DNA of 64,000 bases from a virus. Location: positions 64,001 through 128,000 of IMG/VR virus record IMGVR_UViG_3300002144_000477; one strand, 5' to 3'. A program made the position numbers and the translations under genes. Below are positions 57,580-64,000 of the stretch, in pieces. The notes under the pieces are model-generated. The model was not told the DNA's origin and did not search any database. It saw only the letters and a list, made by a program, of their open reading frames with translations. Positions within the stretch are counted from its first letter, which is position 1; each line of letters begins with the position of its first letter.

Positions 57580-57588
57580 AAAGGTCAA
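57560..57588 (-). promoter_or_regulatory. Early sigma70 promoter TTGACC-17-TATAAT
   Basis: -35 at 57588-57583, -10 at 57565-57560. Confidence 0.85.
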
Positions 57589-57598
57589 CCGAAATATA

Positions 57599-57642
57599 AC
57601 ACTTTTTCCAGAATTCTACAAAAAGATCACCGGAAAAAGTGT
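57599..57642. terminator. 11-bp inverted repeat after the vWA gene (stem-loop, possible terminator)
   Basis: ACACTTTTTCC-N22-GGAAAAAGTGT. Confidence 0.5.
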
Positions 57643-57658
57643 GGTTTTATTGCAACAA

Positions 57659-58921
57659 TTAGCGTTTAGCTACTTCTTCTTCGTAATGTGCCCAAATACC
57701 AAACGGTGGCTCAGCAGTTGGATTACCTTTAATAACAAACACTGTATCGCAGTAATTTGCGTCACCCCAGCTATTCCATGGATAACCATCTGTGAACATG
57801 ATAAACTTCTTGGGTTCAATCCCATGCTCTTTCATGTATGTCCAGTTAGCGTCGAAGTCGGTGCCACCGCCGCCCTCAGGGTGATATTCAGTGATGTCTT
57901 GCATATTGTCCGAAGTAAACTCTTGTTCGTTGTATACCTCGGTATCAAAGCTCCATACACGAATTTTATATTCGTCGTATTGTTGCATAATGCCCTGGAT
58001 CTCGCCAAGGAAGTCTTTGATATCCTGTTCGCCAATTGACCCAGATGTGTCAACTGCAACGCAAACATCAATTTGAGTTCCCGGAATACTGCCCGGCATA
58101 ATAGCATCGGTGTGCCATCCTTTACGACTTGGACGAGTCCAAGTAAAATCGTTTTTAACAGTACTTTGAATTTGTTGGTCAATCAAATCACGCCAGTTAA
58201 TAACCGGGCGAGTCAGATCTTTAATAAGACGTCGGACTCCAGCTGGCAACTGCCCAGCTTCGGCACTCTTTGCGGCATTTAGCATAGCCTCTTTAATTTC
58301 GTCCCTCACTGCACGCCGCTCTTCTTCGGACATGGTAGGGCGTTTGCCTTTTCCGTCTTTGCTATCACCATCACCATCACCGTCACCATCACCATCAAGG
58401 TGTTCGTCTAACAGTTGGTCAAGAAGCTCTGCAATTTCTTGCTGGTCGGCATTCTCTAATAAGTCGTCGTATACTTCTTCAGCGGACCAGCCGCGGTATT
58501 TTGGACTATACAGGATAGGTACTGAAACAATTCGATCGCCGATATTTTGATCTAGCAAGTCAGAGTTAACGCAGTAGTCTGCCGCAATGTTAAAAATCTT
58601 CGGGTCACGTTCAGCACGGCGCCCAACATGATCGTATACACAATGCAATACTTCGTGCCCAAACAAAAACTCAAGTTGTCGCAACGGCAACGATGTTACA
58701 AATTTACTATTGTAATAGAATTTGCGTCCGTCTGTAGCGGCAGTTGGGCACCAATCGTCTGCATTAACTAATTGCAATCGTGTAGCCAAATTGCCAAAAA
58801 ACGGCGCACGTAGTAGCAAGCCGACTCGAGCAGTAACAAGAGCTTCGACAGCCTTAGCGTCAACTACAGGATCTGTATTTGATGTATTTTTTGATTTCTC
58901 AGCAAGAGTAGTATCAGTCAC
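57659..58921 (-). CDS. vWA-like domain protein with N-terminal HExxH metallopeptidase (DUF2201-type)
   Basis: TAATDG, GHEVLH, NIAADYCVN, acidic DG linker, AVDTSGS MIDAS, GGGGTDF, FTDGY; AGGAG RBS with GTG start. Confidence 0.88.
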   Translation of the reverse strand: MTDTTLAEKSKNTSNTDPVVDAKAVEALVTARVGLLLRAPFFGNLATRLQLVNADDWCPTAATDGRKFYYNSKFVTSLPLRQLEFLFGHEVLHCVYDHVGRRAERDPKIFNIAADYCVNSDLLDQNIGDRIVSVPILYSPKYRGWSAEEVYDDLLENADQQEIAELLDQLLDEHLDGDGDGDGDGDSKDGKGKRPTMSEEERRAVRDEIKEAMLNAAKSAEAGQLPAGVRRLIKDLTRPVINWRDLIDQQIQSTVKNDFTWTRPSRKGWHTDAIMPGSIPGTQIDVCVAVDTSGSIGEQDIKDFLGEIQGIMQQYDEYKIRVWSFDTEVYNEQEFTSDNMQDITEYHPEGGGGTDFDANWTYMKEHGIEPKKFIMFTDGYPWNSWGDANYCDTVFVIKGNPTAEPPFGIWAHYEEEVAKR

Positions 58922-58950
58922 GGGCTTCTCCTTTTGTACAGTATTTAACT

Positions 58951-58979
58951 ATTATACAGTTAACATCTCAATTAGTCAA
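58951..58979 (-). promoter_or_regulatory. Sigma70 promoter TTGACT-17-TATAAT for the vWA gene
   Basis: -35 at 58979-58974, -10 at 58956-58951. Confidence 0.8.
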
Positions 58980-59000
58980 CCTAAATTTAGCTAAAGTATG

Positions 59001-59063
59001 CACGGGCAGTCTAATAAAGTTGGGGGACTTACGGAATAAATCCCGCCCCCATCGCCCGTGACA
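59001..59063 (-). ncRNA. GC-rich structured RNA element in the AAA-vWA intergenic region
   Basis: Nested stems CACGGGC/GCCCGUG, UGGGGG/CCCCCA and CGGGA/UUCCG; no U-tract. Confidence 0.5.
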
Positions 59064-59071
59064 GCGAACTA

Positions 59072-60175
59072 TTATCGAGCGTTAGCGGCAGTAATGTACT
59101 TGCCGAATCGTTGATGAAACTCGTTGAAGTTTTTCAACTTACCTGGAATCAGTGGCAAGTTGTAAGTAGTTAAAGCAACCTTTGCGCCAACGACTACTAG
59201 TTCGGTAGTGAAATTATCCATCATAAAGCGGATAAATCTATCGGCTTGCGTATGCCACTCACCGATATTAGCAGGACCGAGCTTTTTAAATTGCTCTTGA
59301 AGTTCGTAGCACATGCCTGTAACCAAAGAGTACATAGCACTAATTTCTTTAGTTTTAAGTTCAGTGACTTTGCCATTGAGCACGTCTTCGGGGTTAGGCA
59401 TTTCGCCAGACACACGTCGGTGTGCCATAAACTTAACTGCAAGGCCCTCGCCTACAGTACCTGCGATCAAATCGGTTAGTTCGTCGTGACTAATATCGCC
59501 TTCTTGCAAAAACTCGCTAACAAACGCCCATGTACGCGGAGTAGCAAAACTACGACTTGGGCTACGTGGGTCAAAGTCGAACAAATCAGCTTTGGCAAAT
59601 GTCAAGTAACCGACTACATCTTTATGCAAACGATTATTAACAGCCCACGTCTGCCATGACTCGAAGTCGGGGCGGACTTCCAGGTGAACAAATCGATTGG
59701 CTAGAGGAGTAGGCATACGGTAAGTAACACCTTTATCGCTTTCTCGATTACCAGCGGCAACTAGCACCACGTTATCAGGCAACACATACTTGCCAACCCG
59801 ACGATTCAGGATGAGTTGGTATGCGGCAGCCTGTACAGCTGGCGCCGCAGAGTTTAGCTCGTCGAGGAACAAGATAATAACAGGGTACTGACTTGCCATT
59901 TCTTCATCGGGCAAGTCAATCGGTGGAGCCCAGTCCATCTTACCGCTATCGCGATTAAAAAACGGAATGCCTCGAATGTCAGTGGGCTCCATTTGGCCTA
60001 GGCGCAAGTCAATCATATGGCCACCAAGGTCTGTAGCCAAGCCAGCGACGAGGTCGGACTTGCCAATGCCTGGAGGACCCCACAAAAACACAGGGCGCTT
60101 AATGTTGAAACAGCGAAGTACACGCCCCCGGGCTTCGGAAGGGGTTACGGTACGGGTAGTAGTAATATCACTCAT
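59072..60175 (-). CDS. MoxR-like AAA+ ATPase
   Basis: Walker A GPPGIGKS, Walker B LFLDE, AAGNR sensor, LANRF arginine finger, TPRTW. Confidence 0.9.
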   Translation of the reverse strand: MSDITTTRTVTPSEARGRVLRCFNIKRPVFLWGPPGIGKSDLVAGLATDLGGHMIDLRLGQMEPTDIRGIPFFNRDSGKMDWAPPIDLPDEEMASQYPVIILFLDELNSAAPAVQAAAYQLILNRRVGKYVLPDNVVLVAAGNRESDKGVTYRMPTPLANRFVHLEVRPDFESWQTWAVNNRLHKDVVGYLTFAKADLFDFDPRSPSRSFATPRTWAFVSEFLQEGDISHDELTDLIAGTVGEGLAVKFMAHRRVSGEMPNPEDVLNGKVTELKTKEISAMYSLVTGMCYELQEQFKKLGPANIGEWHTQADRFIRFMMDNFTTELVVVGAKVALTTYNLPLIPGKLKNFNEFHQRFGKYITAANAR

Positions 60176-60207
60176 GTCACGGGTTCCTTAAAAGTTACTA
60201 TGCTGTA

Positions 60208-60236
60208 AGTATATGACACTTTTTGGTTTGTGTCAA
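60208..60236 (-). promoter_or_regulatory. Sigma70 promoter TTGACA-17-TATACT for the AAA ATPase
   Basis: -35 at 60236-60231, -10 at 60213-60208. Confidence 0.8.
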
Positions 60237-60247
60237 GCGATTTGTTA

Positions 60248-60592
60248 TTAATCTAAGCGTGAGCCAACATAAATGTCGATATCGTTAAACGAGTTTTTCA
60301 TCACTGTGACAAATGCCTTTGCTCCTACTTCTTTGGCGTCAACGCTTTGGGTAAACGTCTTGTCCGGACTCCAAAACTTCAGTGACTTACTGTACGAATC
60401 CTTGCGGAACCCATTTGCAATCAGCGCCTTGCCCAGTTTGCTGTTGGCACGAACACCGTAGATGTCAACCCAGGTAAAGCCACATCCGCCACGTTCGCCG
60501 TGCTGGGCAATATAGTTTTGCGTCTGACGAGTAGCTTCTACCACCGCTTGATTAACTGCGGCTTCTGCGAGAACATTGATGTCTGTAGTCAT
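60248..60592 (-). CDS. Hypothetical early protein
   Basis: AAGGA RBS; GGCGFTWV...TQSVDAKEVGA...SRLD. Confidence 0.75.
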   Translation of the reverse strand: MTTDINVLAEAAVNQAVVEATRQTQNYIAQHGERGGCGFTWVDIYGVRANSKLGKALIANGFRKDSYSKSLKFWSPDKTFTQSVDAKEVGAKAFVTVMKNSFNDIDIYVGSRLD

Positions 60593-60604
60593 TTTTCAGG
60601 TTCC

Positions 60605-60811
60605 TTAAACAAAATCGTAAAATGTTGCTTCCATACCGGACTTGCCAAAGCAGATGCCAACTGTCTGATTGTTGACACTGAGCATACGGTAAACTTCAGT
60701 AGCAATCGCTGAGTCCTGTGTCTCCAGGAACATGGTGCCGTTGAAGAAAGAAGCATCAACATCAGTAACTGACTCGGTGATTGCCAAACAACGTTCTTCG
60801 AAATTCATCAT
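60605..60811 (-). CDS. Small early protein, paralog A (FFNG...YDFV family)
   Basis: CAGGAG RBS; paralogous to 60897-61100; start at 60811 or 60808. Confidence 0.7.
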   Translation of the reverse strand: MMNFEERCLAITESVTDVDASFFNGTMFLETQDSAIATEVYRMLSVNNQTVGICFGKSGMEATFYDFV

Positions 60812-60843
60812 CTTCAACTCCTGTTTTGCTTTGCTATGTATAT

Positions 60844-60872
60844 ATTATAACAAATTTGGTAATTATTGTCTA
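60844..60872 (-). promoter_or_regulatory. Early sigma70 promoter TAGACA-17-TATAAT
   Basis: -35 at 60872-60867, -10 at 60849-60844. Confidence 0.75.
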
Positions 60873-60896
60873 CCAAAAACTTAGTTCTTGTTGTTT

Positions 60897-61100
60897 TTAA
60901 GCAACAAAATCGTAAACATATTCACCGCCTGCTTTGCTCTGTTGAACCTTACAGTTAGTGGATTCCTGCAACATTGTCAGCACCTGTTCAGCGGCATCAG
61001 AATCGCATTCAACGAACAGTGAACCGTTAAAGAAACATGCCTTACGCTCTTCCTGGATAACTTCTGCTACTTGATGTAAAACTACTGTTTCGAATCCCAT
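60897..61100 (-). CDS. Small early protein, paralog B (FFNG...YDFV family)
   Basis: CAGGAG RBS before ATG 61100; the track start at 61166 runs through the promoter. Confidence 0.75.
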   Translation of the reverse strand: MGFETVVLHQVAEVIQEERKACFFNGSLFVECDSDAAEQVLTMLQESTNCKVQQSKAGGEYVYDFVA

Positions 61101-61113
61101 ATCAACTCCTGTT

Positions 61114-61153
61114 TGTTGCTGTCTATGTATACTATTATACAGATCACCAACCA
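61114..61153. repeat. 40-bp exact direct repeat, copy 2
   Basis: Identical to 57540-57579. Confidence 0.95.
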
Positions 61154-61162
61154 TAATGTCAA
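61134..61162 (-). promoter_or_regulatory. Perfect-consensus early promoter TTGACA-17-TATAAT
   Basis: -35 at 61162-61157, -10 at 61139-61134. Confidence 0.9.
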
Positions 61163-61199
61163 CCAAAATCTACAAAAATATTGTAAAAAATTGTTGTGT

Positions 61200-61619
61200 T
61201 TACACCACAGATTCAGGCAATGCGTCGATTAAATACTGCTCCGAAATGCCATGGGTATCGTATCCTTGCAATACCATATCGTAGTAACCGTTTGATGGGT
61301 CAGTTAATTGCGCACCTTCGGTCATGTAATACATAAGTGCTTCGATAGTATCTCCATTCTCGGTAGTTACTGTAACAAATTTGCGTAGATAATAATCAGG
61401 AAACCCCTCGAATGCATCTAATGATTGCAAGCATTCATTACTAATTTGCCATAATACTCCGGGCGCTATATGTCCATTATATTGAATCATATCAGCATGA
61501 TATTTAAATACCATTTTGTAATCTTTAATATATCCAACACCAATGGCACGAGCATTGGGGCACCTTTGAGACATTGAATCAAGATTGGTATTCATTCCGT
61601 AGGCAAAATAGTATGTCAT
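61200..61619 (-). CDS. Gamma-glutamylcyclotransferase-family protein
   Basis: YYFAYGMN, GVLW, LDAFEG (catalytic Glu), PSNGY. Confidence 0.85.
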   Translation of the reverse strand: MTYYFAYGMNTNLDSMSQRCPNARAIGVGYIKDYKMVFKYHADMIQYNGHIAPGVLWQISNECLQSLDAFEGFPDYYLRKFVTVTTENGDTIEALMYYMTEGAQLTDPSNGYYDMVLQGYDTHGISEQYLIDALPESVV

Positions 61620-61637
61620 TAATTGGTTTCCTTGCGG

Positions 61638-61826
61638 TTATTTAAATTTTACGTTGCGTAAATACTCAATTCGTTGTTTAATTTCAGCTACTCGTTCTGG
61701 AATTGTAACAGCAGATCTTACTGGCATATTAACTCTTTTAGGCTGTATTGGAGACTTAGGCCTAATAGGAAATATTGGTTTTACATCTTTTGCATTACGA
61801 AACATAACTATCAGAAACATCGGCAA
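61638..61826 (-). CDS. Small basic hypothetical protein
   Basis: ORF fills the gap between early genes; start uncertain. Confidence 0.5.
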   Translation of the reverse strand: MPMFLIVMFRNAKDVKPIFPIRPKSPIQPKRVNMPVRSAVTIPERVAEIKQRIEYLRNVKFK

Positions 61827-61947
61827 GTTGGGTTACAATCTGATTTGTGATTACCACACCACCGTGTATTTGTTGGTATAACTCAGCAACCGATTTTACG
61901 TAGAAAGTATAGACTTTTCCAGTGCTAGTAATCAATGAAAATGGCAT
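61795..61947 (-). CDS. Small early protein (MPFSLITSTGKVYTFYVKSVAELY...)
   Basis: AAGGA RBS before ATG 61947, just downstream of the promoter. Confidence 0.65.
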   Translation of the reverse strand: MPFSLITSTGKVYTFYVKSVAELYQQIHGGVVITNQIVTQLADVSDSYVS

Positions 61948-61980
61948 GGTATTTCCTTGTTTGTTGCTGTCTATATATTT

Positions 61981-62009
61981 ATTATAGTGCCTGTGCCTTA
62001 AAAAGTCAA
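61981..62009 (-). promoter_or_regulatory. Early sigma70 promoter TTGACT-17-TATAAT
   Basis: -35 at 62009-62004, -10 at 61986-61981; leader ATAGACAGCAACAAAC shared with the other cassettes. Confidence 0.85.
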
Positions 62010-62053
62010 CCAAAATCTGTGGGATTTACGCAACTCTTGTATCAGTACATTGA

Positions 62054-62059
62054 TAAATA
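62054..62059 (+). promoter_or_regulatory. Late promoter motif GATAAATA for the DctP-like gene
   Basis: Same motif as in the structural module; divergent from the early promoter. Confidence 0.55.
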
Positions 62060-62138
62060 ACTACAGTACACAGTAGTAACAAGGGCCCACTATCTACTAC
62101 TGTTCGTGCAGATTTATAAATCATCAGGAGATAAACAA

Positions 62139-63107
62139 ATGGAAAAACGTACTTTACGTTGGGTTTTAGCCCATGAGCCAATCGAAATTTTTATTCGTGC
62201 GGCAACCCGCTTTGCTAAAATTGTTACCGAAGCCACAGATGGCCAAGTTGATATCGAAATTCTTTCTACAGAAGAATACGCACAAAAATATCACGGTGTA
62301 GCCCGTGCCGATACACAATATCGCTACGAACTAATTAAGCACCTCGAAGCAGGCGAGTTAGAAATGAGCCAAATGTATACAACTACATTAGGCACTATGT
62401 TTGACAAAGACCTACTAGCACTAGATATGCCATTCTTGTTTAAGGATCACGATCACGTAGCTCGTGTACTAGATGGCGAAATTGGTACAGGTCTACGTGA
62501 CGGCTTCGCAGCTAAGACAAATGCACAACCATTGGCATTTACATACAGCGGCGGATTCCGCGTACTACCATCTAGCAAAGAAGTTGCAACACTTGCAGAT
62601 TTAGCTGGTGAAAAAGTTCGCACAGGTAGCGAAGTTTCTAAGGAAACATTCAAAGCCATCGGTTGTGAAGTAGTTGACGGTATTTTAATTGAAGAAGTTG
62701 GTGCCGCACTTGGCGACGGTCGCATCGTTGCTGGCGAAAGCACATACCCACGCTTATACGGCGGCGAGCAGTTTGTTAGCCCAAGTAAAACAGCTAAGGT
62801 TGTTGTAAACTCAGAGCACAGCTTGTTCCTAACAACTATCCTTATCAACAAGGATGTATGGGCTAGCTTTAGCGCAGAGCTACAGGAGATCATGCTCCAC
62901 GCCGCTAAAGAAGCAGCCATTGAAGAGCGCAAAGAAGCACTATTGGATATTGAGAAAAACCGTATCCGTTTAGCGCAAGACGGCGTTGAAGTGGTATATT
63001 TGTCCGATGCTGACATGGCTGAGTTCCGTGCCCGTACTGCACCAGTATACGAAACACTTGATTCAATGTTTAGCGAAGGCCTAGTAGGCAAGATCAAGTC
63101 TGCTTAA
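62139..63107 (+). CDS. dctP: TRAP-transporter solute-binding protein (DctP fold) lacking a signal peptide
   Basis: ATDGQVDIEI, LDMPFLF.D.DH, GGFR, DLAGEKVR, H.LF...IN...W..L..E.Q motifs; CAGGAG RBS before ATG 62139. Confidence 0.8.
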   Translation: MEKRTLRWVLAHEPIEIFIRAATRFAKIVTEATDGQVDIEILSTEEYAQKYHGVARADTQYRYELIKHLEAGELEMSQMYTTTLGTMFDKDLLALDMPFLFKDHDHVARVLDGEIGTGLRDGFAAKTNAQPLAFTYSGGFRVLPSSKEVATLADLAGEKVRTGSEVSKETFKAIGCEVVDGILIEEVGAALGDGRIVAGESTYPRLYGGEQFVSPSKTAKVVVNSEHSLFLTTILINKDVWASFSAELQEIMLHAAKEAAIEERKEALLDIEKNRIRLAQDGVEVVYLSDADMAEFRARTAPVYETLDSMFSEGLVGKIKSA

Positions 63108-63130
63108 TTTTTAATTAGCACACAAGAGTT

Positions 63131-63160
63131 AGAAAAAGGTACCAAACGGTACCTTTTTCT
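63131..63160 (+). terminator. Intrinsic terminator
   Basis: AGAAAAAGGTACC-aaac-GGTACCTTTTTCT perfect 13-bp hairpin. Confidence 0.9.
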
Positions 63161-63181
63161 TTGTCTACGATATGTTATGTG

Positions 63182-63187
63182 TAAATA
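63182..63187 (+). promoter_or_regulatory. Late promoter motif TAAATA
   Basis: Upstream of AAGGAG and ATG 63211. Confidence 0.5.
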
Positions 63188-63210
63188 ATACTAAGGAGAT
63201 TATTTAAATC

Positions 63211-63495
63211 ATGTTTAACTTTTTTGTAAAATTTATCGAGCGCTTTTTCGGATCACTGCCTAAGGTTGATTCCGTTGGAGAGTTAGCCCCGTATAAAATT
63301 GAACCCCCAGCATCAGTTGAGGAACCGCCTGCAAAGGCAACTGCTACGCCGGCAATAAAAGTAGTCAAGCCAAAGAAGGCCAACGCACCAGCTACGCCTA
63401 AAGCCAAAGCACCAGCTACGCCTAAAGCCAACGCACCTAAAGCATCTTCTACGCCTAAAGCCAAAGCACCTAAAGCACCTGCATCTAAAAAGTAA
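63211..63495 (+). CDS. Lys/Ala/Pro-rich histone-H1-like small protein
   Basis: C-terminal (KA[N/K]APATP)n repeats encoded by 24-bp tandem units from 63379. Confidence 0.65.
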   Translation: MFNFFVKFIERFFGSLPKVDSVGELAPYKIEPPASVEEPPAKATATPAIKVVKPKKANAPATPKAKAPATPKANAPKASSTPKAKAPKAPASKK

Positions 63496-64000
63496 ATGAT
63501 ATACTGCTTTGACGAAGATGTTAGTTTTTTTAACTACATTCTAGAAAAAGATAGTATACCATACACTAGGTCTCAAAGTCCAACGAATTCGGTGGTATTA
63601 CTACATACACCGTATCCTTGGACTTTGTCTTGGGCAAATAAAGTTGAAACAGTGTTGCAGTCTAACCCTAGACGAGTTATAGTATTTGTAACCGAACTAC
63701 ACGAACCAGTGTCGAACTGGATAATTCAGCATCCTAATTTAGAGTACTACAGTGCCGGAATTGTATATAGACGCTCAACTATCAAACAGCACTACTACAT
63801 GGATTGGTTTGCTATTACCAGGGACTTTTATCAAAATCGCGAGCACATATTATCAGACGTATGGTCTAGCAAGGTCTGCGATACAGTTACAGTAAATGCA
63901 TTACTGGGTCGCAAAAAGCCGCACCGCGATATTGTTTATGCTGGACTAAAAGACAATCCTAATGTTGTTATGACCTACATGCATACGCAACATAGCATTA
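63496..64000 (+). CDS. Hypothetical protein, 3'-truncated (possibly the same family as 47254-48348)
   Basis: Open frame from ATG 63496 to the window end (MIYCFDEDV...NALLGRKKPHRDIVY...); not in the track because it has no stop. Confidence 0.65.
   Translation, partial: MIYCFDEDVSFFNYILEKDSIPYTRSQSPTNSVVLLHTPYPWTLSWANKVETVLQSNPRRVIVFVTELHEPVSNWIIQHPNLEYYSAGIVYRRSTIKQHYYMDWFAITRDFYQNREHILSDVWSSKVCDTVTVNALLGRKKPHRDIVYAGLKDNPNVVMTYMHTQHSI

Noticed and set aside
57521-57580. Shared N-terminal peptide MVGDLYNSIHRQQ on ORFs 56648 and 60897
   Set aside because: Artefact of translating through the duplicated promoter; the real starts follow the CAGGAG RBS.
58364-58396. (GAYGGT)n microsatellite in the vWA gene as a phase-variation tract
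   Set aside because: In-frame 6-bp units encoding the usual Asp-Gly linker; slippage would not shift the frame.
59001-59063. Intergenic structure as a tRNA, self-cleaving ribozyme or intrinsic terminator
   Set aside because: No cloverleaf or T-loop, no hammerhead core (CUGANGA/GAAA), and no U-tract; kept only as an unclassified structured element.
57540-62009. Repeated ~40-bp elements as a CRISPR or mini-array
   Set aside because: Copies are separated by whole genes (0.3-3.5 kb) and are explained as promoter plus leader.
62453-63097. 214-aa antisense ORF, and the many other opposite-strand ORFs in the track
   Set aside because: Shadows of codon-biased real genes, with no RBS, promoter or recognisable motifs.
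1-64000. Alternative genetic code (stop-codon reassignment)
   Set aside because: Standard-code ORFs tile the window almost completely, including a 13-kb ORF, with no fragmentation.

Overview
64-kb segment of a large T4-superfamily-like (myovirus-type, probably jumbo) bacteriophage genome, densely coding and readable in the standard code. I found no tRNA, rRNA, CRISPR array or IS element. It has four blocks. (1) 1-31.7 kb, + strand: baseplate and tail module with gp53/gp27/gp5/gp25/gp6-like genes, a 4382-aa giant wedge/adhesin and five fibre-type genes, preceded by T4-late-like TAAATA motifs. (2) 31.8-53.1 kb: a ~21-kb modification island with several glycosyltransferase-fold proteins, five tandem radical-SAM enzymes carrying an N-terminal (permuted) Twitch/SPASM-like cysteine domain, two SGNH-like proteins, a NodU/CmcH carbamoyltransferase, an APS-kinase-like/HxGH-nucleotidyltransferase pair, a DegT aminotransferase and an NDP-sugar epimerase. 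(3) 53-56.6 kb, - strand: thyA, DHFR and conserved hypothetical genes. (4) 56.6-62 kb, - strand: an early region of short cassettes, each behind a near-consensus sigma70 promoter. Four of these promoters share a conserved leader and a TGT(T/G)G-N8-C(A/C)AC palindrome. The block includes a MoxR-AAA/vWA-peptidase pair with a candidate long-range RNA switch. The window ends with a signal-peptide-less TRAP DctP-fold gene, a histone-H1-like gene and a truncated ORF. All functional calls come from motif recognition by eye; no database searches were run.
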